A stretch of 61,910 nucleotides of DNA, filler included. It is 5 parts of 5 records of this genome, joined end to end, with 100 filler letters (N's around TTAATTAATTAA, not from the genome) between each part and the next. Parts side by side here need not be neighbours in the genome. Positions count along the whole stretch, not along the records: positions 1 to 19,656 come from SRR20825010_6796; 4 more parts are not named here. One strand, written 5' to 3'. The notes under the pieces are model-generated. The model saw nothing but the letters and a program-made list of their open reading frames with translations. It had not been told where the DNA came from and did not search any database. Numbering within the stretch: position 1 is the stretch's first letter; every line of letters begins with the position of its first letter. Both the position numbers and the translations under genes were made by a program. This document shows positions 9,803-19,466 of the stretch, piece by piece.

Positions 9803-12800
9803 TCAATCGTCCGTACCAAAGGTTTGTAGATATTTTCCAGGGGTTCCATAAGGGGATAATCCTTCAATATCCACCTGAATTTGTTTGGCACTATCCGAAT
9901 TATAAAATTGAAGTCGCGCATTTCCATTTTTGTCCGTTTTAAAGGAAGGATTCCAATAAAGTGTTGCGCGGTGATCCGGACTACTGTTTTCATCGGATAC
10001 CACATTGTATTTAGGGGAATAAAACACTCGTTCGGGTGCATGGCCCATAACGGTAAAATCCGGTGATATTGCTGGGGCTATAGATTTACTTCCACCTCTT
10101 TTGGTATAGATAAGAATAACCCCATTGGCCCCACGGGAGCCGTATATGGCCGCAGATGGACCTTTTAATATTTCCACTCTTTCTACGGCATAGGTATCCA
10201 TTGTGGCAATGTAGGTAGGTACGGGGCTTGGGGCCATGGATTGTTCCATGGATAAAGAAATGGCTGTGGGTGCAACGCTTGCCGCACCTTGGTCAGTAGA
10301 AGATCCTTGCCTTTGGGAGGCACGGGCCAGGGATGATGGCGAAGGATTATCATTATTGACAGGCATTCCATTAAGCACCCACAATGGCGTACCTCCATTC
10401 CTGATACTTACTGTATTGCCATTTACGGTGACGCCACTAAACCTTCTTACCAAATCAAGAACAGTTTGGGCGGATTGGTGATCTTCCATATACAAGGTAG
10501 CATCAGGGGTCTGTCCGTACACGGAAGGAGAGGCATTTCTGGATTTTTCAACCCTTTTTTCGGTAACTATTACTTCATCAAGTTTTGTGGTATTCCTTAG
10601 GTCTAAGGCTGGATCCAAATTTCTTTGGGGGTACCTAATCCCATTATAACTCTCGGCCTTTGAATTCGAGTTTTTAAATCTAGGAGGCGGAAGTACCGTT
10701 TGCCGTTTGTCCAAAATAATTTTTACATCAGTAGGTTTGTCCGAGGCGTCAAAGGCATTAAATGCAATATTGGTCGAGTCCTTAAAGTTAAAATCTGGAA
10801 TGCTAAAACTTCCATCCAATGCCGTCCTGGTGGACAGCATGCCCAATTGCTCCCCGGATTTGGCAATTACGGTCATGGGAGTATTACCTAAGGGTTTATT
10901 GTTTAGACTCGTGGCCCTTCCTGAAATGGAAAGCCCTTTAACAAAATTGAAATCTTTGGGGGAATCCGTAACAGCATCATTATCTGACCAGGGGATTTTT
11001 CTCCAGCCATGGGTAAGCATAACCAAATCCAGGGCGTGTAAGGTTGCTTTTTTCTGATTTCGAAAAAGTAGCCCAGGCTCGGTAATATGTCCTTTTAGAT
11101 CGGACTGTAACAATAAGTGCGTTATAATATTGGCATCGTCCGGATTCTTTAAGCCTTGTTTTGTGTCCGTGGCCGCCATGGACAGTTCAGCTGACACAGG
11201 TCTGCCATCTGTATCTGTTACATGCACATCTACCGTAATTTCACTTCTGTCATTAAATTTTTTAGGGTCCATTTTTGCGGTAATAACCAGTTCATCTTGA
11301 TTATTGATGAATGCGATACGCTCGCACCATGCTTTTTTTTGGGCATCAAAGAGGGTGAGGGTCATAATTCCACTGGGCAGTTTACTTTTTGGAATCTCAA
11401 AATTCACAACAGGCTGGCCTTCAAAGTCAAATTTGCCTTGGTAATATTTTTTATTGTTTATATGCCCGATTACATAAAAAGACCTTTCACTAAATGTTTC
11501 GGTAGCCTGGATTTTTACCTGAATGCTTTTAGGGTTAACGTTGTAGACGGTAATGGCATACCCTTCATTCATAACTTTTGGGAAGGGATATATGGAACCG
11601 TCGCTAAGGATTACTGAATACTGTTCGCCGGCCAAGGGCTTAAGGGTGAAAAATCCAGACCCTCTATCTATCGTAGCCAGAGTGGCAATAAAATTTCCTT
11701 TTGAATCGACCAATTGTCCTTTTATATTTCTCTCAAGTCCATCCTTGCCAATAGCTTTAAATGCTACTTGGCCCACCAAATTGGCCACCAAGTGCCCCCC
11801 TTCAGGGAAGAACTGTAAATCAATTTTATCTTCTTTTGGGGTAGCTGCAATAGGGGTACTGTTTTTATTAAGAACCTTTATGGCCTTGGTGTAAAAGAAA
11901 TCCTGATCAAAATTTCGCATCCAATCGGTATAGGACCGCAACTGATAATTAGCGGAAGGAAGGTTTGGGGGCAAATCAATGGAACCTATGGCCTTGCCAT
12001 TTATAATTTCATGGGTTTGTGATAACACTATTTCATTTTTTGGACCAATTAGATCCACATGAAGCACCCTACTGCCTAAGGAAAAATGGTGATACGGGCC
12101 CAAAACCGTATATGCAGTGTACCACAGGGTTTCGCCAGATGCCAATATTTCTTTGTCCGTATGCAAATAGACTTTTTCAATGGGGTTGTAATTATTATAT
12201 CGGTTCATCCAGGTCGACAAATCCTTTATAAATACGTCATTGGTCAAATCGGATTGAATCAATGCCACTTGATCTTTGCTATTTAGGAAAATGGATCCAA
12301 ATGCACCGACTTTTGCAAAGGAGGCAATTACCTCTTCCTCTACAGGGGTCCTTTTTACAATTGGATTGTCTATCCAAAATTTTTCATCATATCCTATTTC
12401 GTCAAGTTTTTGCCAGTCACTTTTATTTTTCCCGAATTGTCCACCTAATTTTTTCCTAGAAGTAGGAGTGTAATGTTCAAAAAAAGTAAGGTTCGAGGAA
12501 GAATTGGTATGAAATTCGAATTTGTCATTTACATAGTAGTCAAATTCTTGGTTTATATTAATATAATCTATGGAAACATTGCTCTCATTTTCCTTCTTAT
12601 ATGCTATTTCAAAAGAGATATTATAGTCTTTCCATGCATTGTTGTTATTTTTCATGAGTTGCACAAATTTTAAATCGTCATGGGAAAGACTGCCGATAAT
12701 CTTTAGGATATCGTAAGTATTAACGTTGATGTACACCTCTGACTCGAAGGTTGGGGTTTTGTTGGTTTTTATGGGCTGTAGCTTTAATACTGCAATTTTA

Positions 12801-13552
12801 TCATTGCCTGATTGTATGTATTCAACTAGGTAGATATCATAAAAGACTTCCAAAGCAGGATGCATAGGAAAAATAACTTCTTCCGTGTTGGGTTGAAATG
12901 GAGAAATCAATCGGGTTAAAAGGGTGTAGTTTCTATTATGCAGGCCTCCGGGCTGTAGCGCATATCTACCTTCAATTATATCCCAATCTTCTATACCTAA
13001 TGCATTATAACGTACGTCATAAATAATTTCGGAAAACTCGGAATACTGATCTCCATTTCTCGATTTTTGTCGGTAAAAGGCCCTACCGTGATTGGATTTA
13101 GAAGATTGGCTATTCGCTTTTTGAAATGCTTTTTTAGCCAATTCCTTGGCATAAGGCTCTTTCTTGGATGCCATTACAGTGACCTCTTCAAGTATATTGG
13201 TCAAAGGAGTTAGTTCAACTACTAGGTTGCCAGGTTGTGCAATTTCGAGGGTAAATTTATTGTAGTTTATATGGGAAAATATAATTGTGGCGGGCAACGA
13301 ATCCAATTGTACAACAAACTCTCCCAATTCATTACTTGCGGTTCCCCAAGGAGAGCTTGCAATTCCAATATTGCAAAAGGGTATGGCTTCTCCCGTGGCT
13401 TTATCTATGACCTTTCCGTTTATTTTAAACTGTTGGAAAATGTTCGGGCTTACCTTGGCCATTACCCCGGAATAACTTTTGGGAGTACCAAATAGTACAA
13501 TAGAATATAGACAAACAGTGGATAATAGAATATAATGGGTAATCCGTGCCAT
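9803..13552 (-). CDS. Large exported protein: carboxypeptidase-regulatory-like domain + MG2-like domain + TonB-plug-like domain, no beta-barrel
   Basis: Signal peptide; INGKVIDKATGEAIPF…SHINY; EKVYLHTDK…GETLWY; LQFFPEGG; LDLVMLTHGWR; VERVEILKGPSAAIYGSRGANGVILIYTK; RATLYWNP. Confidence 0.8.
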   Translation of the reverse strand: MARITHYILLSTVCLYSIVLFGTPKSYSGVMAKVSPNIFQQFKINGKVIDKATGEAIPFCNIGIASSPWGTASNELGEFVVQLDSLPATIIFSHINYNKFTLEIAQPGNLVVELTPLTNILEEVTVMASKKEPYAKELAKKAFQKANSQSSKSNHGRAFYRQKSRNGDQYSEFSEIIYDVRYNALGIEDWDIIEGRYALQPGGLHNRNYTLLTRLISPFQPNTEEVIFPMHPALEVFYDIYLVEYIQSGNDKIAVLKLQPIKTNKTPTFESEVYINVNTYDILKIIGSLSHDDLKFVQLMKNNNNAWKDYNISFEIAYKKENESNVSIDYININQEFDYYVNDKFEFHTNSSSNLTFFEHYTPTSRKKLGGQFGKNKSDWQKLDEIGYDEKFWIDNPIVKRTPVEEEVIASFAKVGAFGSIFLNSKDQVALIQSDLTNDVFIKDLSTWMNRYNNYNPIEKVYLHTDKEILASGETLWYTAYTVLGPYHHFSLGSRVLHVDLIGPKNEIVLSQTHEIINGKAIGSIDLPPNLPSANYQLRSYTDWMRNFDQDFFYTKAIKVLNKNSTPIAATPKEDKIDLQFFPEGGHLVANLVGQVAFKAIGKDGLERNIKGQLVDSKGNFIATLATIDRGSGFFTLKPLAGEQYSVILSDGSIYPFPKVMNEGYAITVYNVNPKSIQVKIQATETFSERSFYVIGHINNKKYYQGKFDFEGQPVVNFEIPKSKLPSGIMTLTLFDAQKKAWCERIAFINNQDELVITAKMDPKKFNDRSEITVDVHVTDTDGRPVSAELSMAATDTKQGLKNPDDANIITHLLLQSDLKGHITEPGLLFRNQKKATLHALDLVMLTHGWRKIPWSDNDAVTDSPKDFNFVKGLSISGRATSLNNKPLGNTPMTVIAKSGEQLGMLSTRTALDGSFSIPDFNFKDSTNIAFNAFDASDKPTDVKIILDKRQTVLPPPRFKNSNSKAESYNGIRYPQRNLDPALDLRNTTKLDEVIVTEKRVEKSRNASPSVYGQTPDATLYMEDHQSAQTVLDLVRRFSGVTVNGNTVSIRNGGTPLWVLNGMPVNNDNPSPSSLARASQRQGSSTDQGAASVAPTAISLSMEQSMAPSPVPTYIATMDTYAVERVEILKGPSAAIYGSRGANGVILIYTKRGGSKSIAPAISPDFTVMGHAPERVFYSPKYNVVSDENSSPDHRATLYWNPSFKTDKNGNARLQFYNSDSAKQIQVDIEGLSPYGTPGKYLQTFGTDD

Positions 13553-13617
13553 TGCTTCCTTTATAGGAGCATTAAGTTACGAACTAAAAATTAAAATGGA
13601 CAAGAGTTGCCCAAAAA

Positions 13618-14586
13618 TCAATACCCCACCTTCATCCTTACTCTTTCCAGAACCCCATCGGCCACTATTTTGGCTTTTTTGGCGCCAAAAGCCAAGGCTT
13701 CATCCAGTTCGTTTAGATTATTCATATAATAATCGAACTTTTCCCTAGCTTCGCCAAAGCGTTCCAAGACCACTTCGTATAGAGCTTGTTTGGCATGCCC
13801 GTAGCCATAGTTGCCGTTTATATAATTGGACCGCATTTCGGCAACTTGATTTTCTGTAGCAAGAATTTTGTAAAGTGCAAACACATTATCCGTATCTGGA
13901 TCTTTAGGGGCTTCCATAGGGGTACTGTCCGTTTGTATACCCATAATCTGTTTGCGCAATTGTTTGTCGGTTTGAAAAAGGCTTATCAAATTTCCCTTGC
14001 TTTTGCTCATTTTGGAGCCATCGGTACCCGGGATATACATGGTCTCTTCCTGTACCTTTCCTTCAGGTATTACAAAAGTTTCTCCCAATTGGGCGTGGAA
14101 CCTTGAGGCTACGTCCCGCGTCATTTCCAAATGTTGCAATTGATCCTTGCCTACAGGGACTATCTCTGCATCATATAGAAGTATATCCGCAGCCATTAGC
14201 ATGGGATAAAAGAACAAACCGGCATTTACGTCGTCCAATCTGTCTGCCTTGTCCTTAAAAGAGTGTGCTAGGGTTAGTCTTTGGTATGGAAAAAAACAGC
14301 TGAGGTACCAAGCCAGTTCTGCGGTCTGGGGGATATCACTCTGGCGATAAAAGGCGGTTTTGTTAATGTCCAAGCCAAATGCCAACCAGGTAGCCGCAAC
14401 AGCATAAGTGTTGTTTCGTAATAGCTCTCCATTCTTAATTTGAGTTAATGAGTGCATATCCGCAATAAAGAGAAAGGAATCGTTTGCTGGATTGTTTGCC
14501 ATTTCTATCGCTGGGATGATCGCTCCCAAAATATTCCCTAGATGAGGGGTTCCTGTACTTTGTATACCGGTTAAGATTCTTGCCAT
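13618..14586 (-). CDS. trpS: Tryptophan--tRNA ligase
   Basis: TGIQSTGTPHLGN (HIGH), YPMLMAADIL, VPVGKDQLQH, KMSKS. Confidence 0.98.
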   Translation of the reverse strand: MARILTGIQSTGTPHLGNILGAIIPAIEMANNPANDSFLFIADMHSLTQIKNGELLRNNTYAVAATWLAFGLDINKTAFYRQSDIPQTAELAWYLSCFFPYQRLTLAHSFKDKADRLDDVNAGLFFYPMLMAADILLYDAEIVPVGKDQLQHLEMTRDVASRFHAQLGETFVIPEGKVQEETMYIPGTDGSKMSKSKGNLISLFQTDKQLRKQIMGIQTDSTPMEAPKDPDTDNVFALYKILATENQVAEMRSNYINGNYGYGHAKQALYEVVLERFGEAREKFDYYMNNLNELDEALAFGAKKAKIVADGVLERVRMKVGY

Positions 14587-14606
14587 TATTTTACTTTCAA
14601 AGAAGG

Positions 14607-14652
14607 CAAAGGTAAAAGAAATTCTAAAGAAGGACTAAAATTATTACTTTTG
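14607..14652. promoter_or_regulatory. Back-to-back Bacteroidota -7 boxes for trpS (-) and the acyltransferase (+)
   Basis: TACCTTTG on minus (14607-14614) and TACTTTTG on plus (14645-14652) within a 71-nt divergent gap. Confidence 0.6.
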
Positions 14653-14657
14653 ACCGC

Positions 14658-15398
14658 ATGTTATCATTCCTAAAAAAAATAGGCCATACGCTCTACCGGA
14701 TTTGGTTCTATTTTTTAGTGTTTTTGCCCATTTTAATAATGTTACCTTTTTTGGTGATTTTTACACTTTCCGAAAGGACTTACCCACAGTTTTTTTGGAT
14801 GGCCCGAAATATTTGGGCCAATACTATTCTTTATGGCATGGGGTGTTTTCCGGTAATTGAGTGGGAGCAAAGGCTTAAAAAGGGTGAAAGCTATATGTTG
14901 GTCTCCAATCACACCAGTATGCTGGATATTATGTTGATGTTAAAAGTCAGTAAAAATCCTTTTGTTTTTATCGGGAAGAAAGAATTGGTGAATATTCCTT
15001 TATTCGGGTTCTTCTATAAAAGGGTATGTATTTTGGTGGATAGGAAGAGCGCTAAAAGTAGGACAGCGGTATACAGAAGGGCACAAAAAAGATTACAACA
15101 AGGCTTGAGTATATGTATTTTTCCGGAGGGCGGCGTACCCGATGAACATATTGTTTTGGACGATTTTAAGGACGGGGCATTTAAAATGGCCATTGCGCAT
15201 AAAATTCCTCTAGTTCCCATGACATTTTATGACAACAAAAAGCGATTTTCCTTTACTTTTTTTAGTGGCCGTCCAGGGAGGTTACGCGTTAGGGTACATA
15301 AATTTTTTGCAACTCATAATCTTAAAGAAACAGATAAGATTGAGCTTCGGGAATCCGTAAGAGCGGTAATACTGAACGATCTAGAGCATTCCCATTAG
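14658..15398 (+). CDS. Lysophospholipid acyltransferase (PlsC family)
   Basis: NHTSMLD (HX4D), FIGKKEL, IFPEGG, FKDGAF motifs. Confidence 0.93.
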   Translation: MLSFLKKIGHTLYRIWFYFLVFLPILIMLPFLVIFTLSERTYPQFFWMARNIWANTILYGMGCFPVIEWEQRLKKGESYMLVSNHTSMLDIMLMLKVSKNPFVFIGKKELVNIPLFGFFYKRVCILVDRKSAKSRTAVYRRAQKRLQQGLSICIFPEGGVPDEHIVLDDFKDGAFKMAIAHKIPLVPMTFYDNKKRFSFTFFSGRPGRLRVRVHKFFATHNLKETDKIELRESVRAVILNDLEHSH

Positions 15399-15435
15399 GC
15401 TAACAATTCCCGTCAGCCAATCCATATATTTAGAT

Positions 15436-16935
15436 TTAAAACTTGAACGTGAACCCGCTGTAAACCCCCAACGAATAGGGGTTAAAATTGCCCGATGTAT
15501 TCGAAAAGGTGTTCAGTTGATATTTAAAAACCGGCTCAACATTAAATTTAAGCTTAGGCGTAAACTTGTAATCCAGTCCAAGACCAAGGTTGGTGCTAAA
15601 ATTAACGGTATTGATATTATTTGCTTCCCCAAACTCTGTAGTCTGTCCGCTGGATTCCAACACCACGGAATTATCCGTAAGAAATAGGGAACTTACCCCA
15701 CCTATAATGTTGACGCCAAATTTACGGTTCAAGAGCGCATAGTTTAGTTCAAGAGGTACCTCCAAATACCCCATTTGTTGCCCCATTGTTCCTAAGCGGG
15801 TAGGGTTTTTGCCAGTTACATCCATAGCGAATACAGATCCGGGTTTGGGAATTACATTTTCGCTATTGGGATTATTCAAAATGATGGATTGGGAGTCATT
15901 GGAATAATCAATATTGCTTATTTGGTTACCCGTAGAAGCGTTAAAGGAGGATGTAAAGGAGACGTCGTTGGTATCATAACCATAATCTACCTTATGGATA
16001 CCGGAGCGCAGGCTTAGTTTTTTGGAAATTTCGTAAGCTACCGTAATACCGTAACTCATGGTTACACTTCCTGTTTTGCTATTGGAGGCTAGAATGGAAT
16101 TGATTGGGGATCCTTCACCCATACCGTTAAAGTAAACTGGAGCAATACTGGGACCTGCAGACCACTTTCCATTGTGGGTTTGCTTAACTTCAACGACCTC
16201 ATTTTCTTCAATGGCCTCTAAAATGGATTTTTTATTTGATGGAAGGTCCTCAGAGGTGACTTCAGGAGTTTTTTCAATGGGCTTGTTTGCGTTATTGTTT
16301 TCTTGATGTACAATGGCTTCCTCAGCAGGAATAGGCAACTCCTTAGAGGGTAATGTGTCCTCTTTTGGTTTTGGATATACGGAATTGGCCGGGTCTTGGC
16401 CTGCATTATTATCAATACTCTTAGTGCCCGATGCATTTGTTACCAATTCCTTGGTTGCTGTATGGGTTGGAATAGCGTTCTTTTGTCCTTTTCCTGAGTT
16501 ATCTTGTTTTGGGTTTCCTTCTGCAGCTATGCTTCCATTGTTGGGCAGGGGATCTGTAATTTTGTCCCTAGCCGTTTGGTCTGAGGCTTCAATTTTATTT
16601 TCCTCTAGTGTTTTCCCTTCATTACCGGTTATGCTGGTGGCTTCAATGGAAGATTCCTGTAAAATATTATCGTCCTTGGTACTTGGGGTATTATTTTCTA
16701 CATCTGTAATAACCGGTGTTGCCGATTCGGAAGTGGAAAAAGGATCGATCGCAAAGAATAGGATGGCAAGTATTGCTGCCGCTCCTCCTACTTTCCACCA
16801 AAGGGGAATAAGCTTGCGGGATCGTTTCTTATTATCCAAGGAAGTGGCTATGGAATTCCATACTTTTTCGTCTGGAATTTCTTGGAAGTTGGCCAACTTC
16901 TCTTGAAATAATTTGTCTAAATTATTTTCACTCAT
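15436..16935 (-). CDS. Putative dual-membrane-spanning anti-sigma factor (cytoplasmic N-terminus, TM helix, disordered linker, C-terminal OMP beta-barrel)
   Basis: DKLFQEKL…KVWNSI N-terminal helix; TM LWWKVGGAAAILAILFFAI; low-complexity S/T/E/N/P/K linker; beta-strand C-terminus YLEVPLEL…GVYSGFTFKF; directly downstream of the ECF sigma gene. Confidence 0.78.
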   Translation of the reverse strand: MSENNLDKLFQEKLANFQEIPDEKVWNSIATSLDNKKRSRKLIPLWWKVGGAAAILAILFFAIDPFSTSESATPVITDVENNTPSTKDDNILQESSIEATSITGNEGKTLEENKIEASDQTARDKITDPLPNNGSIAAEGNPKQDNSGKGQKNAIPTHTATKELVTNASGTKSIDNNAGQDPANSVYPKPKEDTLPSKELPIPAEEAIVHQENNNANKPIEKTPEVTSEDLPSNKKSILEAIEENEVVEVKQTHNGKWSAGPSIAPVYFNGMGEGSPINSILASNSKTGSVTMSYGITVAYEISKKLSLRSGIHKVDYGYDTNDVSFTSSFNASTGNQISNIDYSNDSQSIILNNPNSENVIPKPGSVFAMDVTGKNPTRLGTMGQQMGYLEVPLELNYALLNRKFGVNIIGGVSSLFLTDNSVVLESSGQTTEFGEANNINTVNFSTNLGLGLDYKFTPKLKFNVEPVFKYQLNTFSNTSGNFNPYSLGVYSGFTFKF

Positions 16936-16973
16936 GTTTTCAATTGTTCAGCAGGGATTATAATCCGGAGGGT

Positions 16974-17516
16974 TTACCCTTCCATTATAATTCCAGCTTT
17001 ATTTGCCTCAATTTTTTCTTTTAATATCATTCTTGCCCTGGCAAGATTGGATTTGGAAGTCCCTAGGGACGTTCCCAGCATTTCACTGATCTCTTTGTGG
17101 CTATAGCCATCCAACACATAAAGGTTGAAGGTTAAGCGGTATTTATTGGGAAGCTCTTGCACATAACTAAGCAAGGTGGCCAGATCCAGGTTTAAATAGC
17201 CCGAATCTTCTGGCATTTCATCCTCTATATTATCTGTGACCAGTGTTAAGGTCTCCTCTTTCCTATATTTTTGAAGTACTGTATTTACAGTAATTCGCTT
17301 TATCCAGCCTTCAAAAGAACCTTGGTGTTTAAACTGCTCAATTTTGCTGTAGATGGTCATAAAACTATCATGCAGATTGTCTTCGGCCTCCGTTTTATTG
17401 CGCGAGTATTTGAGACAAATACCGAACAGTATCCGGGAATAATCCCGGTATAGCTGTTCTTGTGCTTGTCTGTTCCCCTTTTTGCAATTATTTATGAGCT
17501 CTACCAGATTACTCAA
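16974..17516 (-). CDS. ECF RNA polymerase sigma factor (ECF21-like)
   Basis: AQEQLY, AEDNLHDSF, SFEGWIKRITVN (region 2); YVLDGYSHKEISEMLGTSLGTSKSNLARAR (region 4). Confidence 0.95.
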   Translation of the reverse strand: MSNLVELINNCKKGNRQAQEQLYRDYSRILFGICLKYSRNKTEAEDNLHDSFMTIYSKIEQFKHQGSFEGWIKRITVNTVLQKYRKEETLTLVTDNIEDEMPEDSGYLNLDLATLLSYVQELPNKYRLTFNLYVLDGYSHKEISEMLGTSLGTSKSNLARARMILKEKIEANKAGIIMEG

Positions 17517-17536
17517 AATATGGATTGGGTTATTTA

Positions 17537-18013
17537 CTAATTCTTTAAATTGGTCGTGCCCATATCACTTACGGGTGCTAATATGGCCGAACTATCTTCG
17601 TTGACAGGCACAGTAATTTCCAAATATGTTGGCTCACCACTGGCGTCCTCACCTGTCCAATATCTAAATAAATACGGCTCATCATATAGGACCTCAAAGT
17701 TAAATGTTGCCACTAAGTCCTCACCGCTACCGGTACATTCTTCCTCGTCATCTTCAATAACAGTACCAATAGTAACTACCTTTCTAGTAGTTAAATCTTC
17801 TTTCACTACATCAAAACCTTCGAAAAAGGTACAATTATTCGGCCTAAAGTAAGTAACTTTTATTTTATAGATTTCACCGTAATCAAATGACTCCGGCATT
17901 TCTACAGATTTTACCTGTAAAGCTTCAAAATGATAGTTAACATCGTCATCTATGTCACAAGATGTTAAAATGGTAAAAGAGGCAACAAGCAGCAAAAAGA
18001 ATACTCGTTTCAT
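17537..18013 (-). CDS. Hypothetical acidic lipoprotein, first gene of the ECF operon
   Basis: Lipobox ILTS-C followed by acidic DIDDD; two further Cys residues. Confidence 0.8.
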   Translation of the reverse strand: MKRVFFLLLVASFTILTSCDIDDDVNYHFEALQVKSVEMPESFDYGEIYKIKVTYFRPNNCTFFEGFDVVKEDLTTRKVVTIGTVIEDDEEECTGSGEDLVATFNFEVLYDEPYLFRYWTGEDASGEPTYLEITVPVNEDSSAILAPVSDMGTTNLKN

Positions 18014-18134
18014 GTTCTTAATATTTAAGTTGTTTTATTATGGTTTTGGAAACCTTTTTTCCCTAAGAAATATGATTGGACATATTTTAATTTTTAGGGG
18101 CAAGTCGGTTTCATAACAATTGCTTTTGTTATTA

Positions 18135-18160
18135 AGATGTAAACGGGAAATAAAGGTTGC
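18135..18160 (-). promoter_or_regulatory. Putative autoregulatory ECF promoter GCAACC-N15-CATCT
   Basis: Minus strand reads ccacGCAACCtttatttcccgtttaCATCT and points at the lipoprotein-sigma-anti-sigma operon; the same motif and spacing recur at 19435-19460. Confidence 0.7.
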
Positions 18161-18170
18161 GTGGAGAAAT

Positions 18171-18197
18171 AAAAAATCCCGATTTAATCGGGATTTT
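18171..18197 (-). terminator. Intrinsic terminator after recA
   Basis: AAAATCCCGAT-tta-ATCGGGATTTT inverted repeat immediately past the recA stop. Confidence 0.8.
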
Positions 18198-18202
18198 AAG
18201 GT

Positions 18203-19210
18203 TTATGACTTTACTGTTTTGATGGCTTCCTTAATTTTGCCTTCCAGTTCTTCGAGTAGTTCCGGATTGTCCAGTAGTAAACTTTTAACAGCATCCCTAC
18301 CTTGGCCCAGCTTGGTATCGCCGTAACTAAACCAGGATCCACTTTTTTTAATAATTTCAAATTCAACACCCAGGTCGATTATCTCCCCTACTTTGGAAAT
18401 ACCTTCCCCGTACATAATATCGAATTCGGCGGTCCTGAATGGAGGGGCAACCTTGTTCTTCACCACTTTTACACGTGTCTTGTTTCCTTGTACGTCACCG
18501 TCGGTATCCTTAATTTGGGTAGATCTTCTTATATCCAAACGTACGGAAGCATAAAATTTAAGGGCGTTACCTCCAGTGGTTGTTTCCGGATTTCCGAACA
18601 TTACCCCAATTTTTTCACGCAATTGGTTAATGAAGATTACGGTACAATTTGTTTTGCTGATAGAACCGGTAAGTTTTCGTAATGCTTGTGACATTAATCG
18701 GGCATGAAGCCCCATTTTTGAATCGCCCATTTCACCTTCAATTTCACTTTTTGGGGTCAGTGCGGCAACAGAGTCGATAACTACGATATCGATGGCACCG
18801 GAGCGTATTAGATTATCGGCAATTTCTAAAGCCTGTTCCCCGTGATCGGGCTGGGAAATGATAAGGTTATCAATATCCACCCCTAGTTTTTGGGCATAAA
18901 AACGGTCGAAGGCATGTTCCGCATCAATAAAAGCTGCGATACCTCCATTTTTTTGAGCTTCAGCCATGGCGTGGAGCGTAAGAGTGGTTTTACCGGAAGA
19001 TTCAGGTCCGTAAATTTCAATTACCCGTCCTCGTGGATAACCTCCAACACCTAGTGCTACATCCAATCCCAAAGAACCCGAAGATATCACTTCTACGTCC
19101 TGTACTACACTATCTCCCATTTTCATTACGGCACCCTTGCCGTAAGTTTTATCCAATTTATCCAGGGTTAGTTTAAGTGCTTTTAATTTTGCGTCTTTTT
19201 CGGAACTCAT
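18203..19210 (-). CDS. recA: Recombinase RecA (start probably MSSEK at 19210; an alternative ATG lies at 19216)
   Basis: [49 protein letters not shown]. Confidence 0.99.
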   Translation of the reverse strand: MSSEKDAKLKALKLTLDKLDKTYGKGAVMKMGDSVVQDVEVISSGSLGLDVALGVGGYPRGRVIEIYGPESSGKTTLTLHAMAEAQKNGGIAAFIDAEHAFDRFYAQKLGVDIDNLIISQPDHGEQALEIADNLIRSGAIDIVVIDSVAALTPKSEIEGEMGDSKMGLHARLMSQALRKLTGSISKTNCTVIFINQLREKIGVMFGNPETTTGGNALKFYASVRLDIRRSTQIKDTDGDVQGNKTRVKVVKNKVAPPFRTAEFDIMYGEGISKVGEIIDLGVEFEIIKKSGSWFSYGDTKLGQGRDAVKSLLLDNPELLEELEGKIKEAIKTVKS

Positions 19211-19434
19211 TTTCATATCTTATTAGGGAGGCTAAAATACCAATTCTTTTTGCATAAAACCACCTATGGCAAGGATTTTATATGAAGAAATTAGTACATT
19301 ATTTTATTATAATTAAAATTTTTTCTTGGCCCCACTTCTTTTGAAATGCCCTAATTTACAAGGGTTAATGGGCTGAGCCGCTACAAATTATGTAGTGCAC
19401 CTATAAATTCTATCAATTATTTTTGACTTTGCAC

Positions 19435-19460
19435 GCAACCTTTTTGCGTTTGTATCATCT
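19435..19460 (+). promoter_or_regulatory. Second copy of the ECF promoter motif GCAACC-N15-CATCT
   Basis: gcacGCAACCtttttgcgtttgtatCATCT; shares CACGCAACCTTT and the 15-nt spacer with the copy at 18135-18160. Confidence 0.65.
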
Positions 19461-19466
19461 AAAAAA

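Noticed and set aside
16313-16906. 197-aa plus-strand ORF, and similar ORFs antisense to the 9803-13552 gene
   Set aside because: Antisense shadows of real genes; this one mirrors the low-complexity linker of the anti-sigma factor
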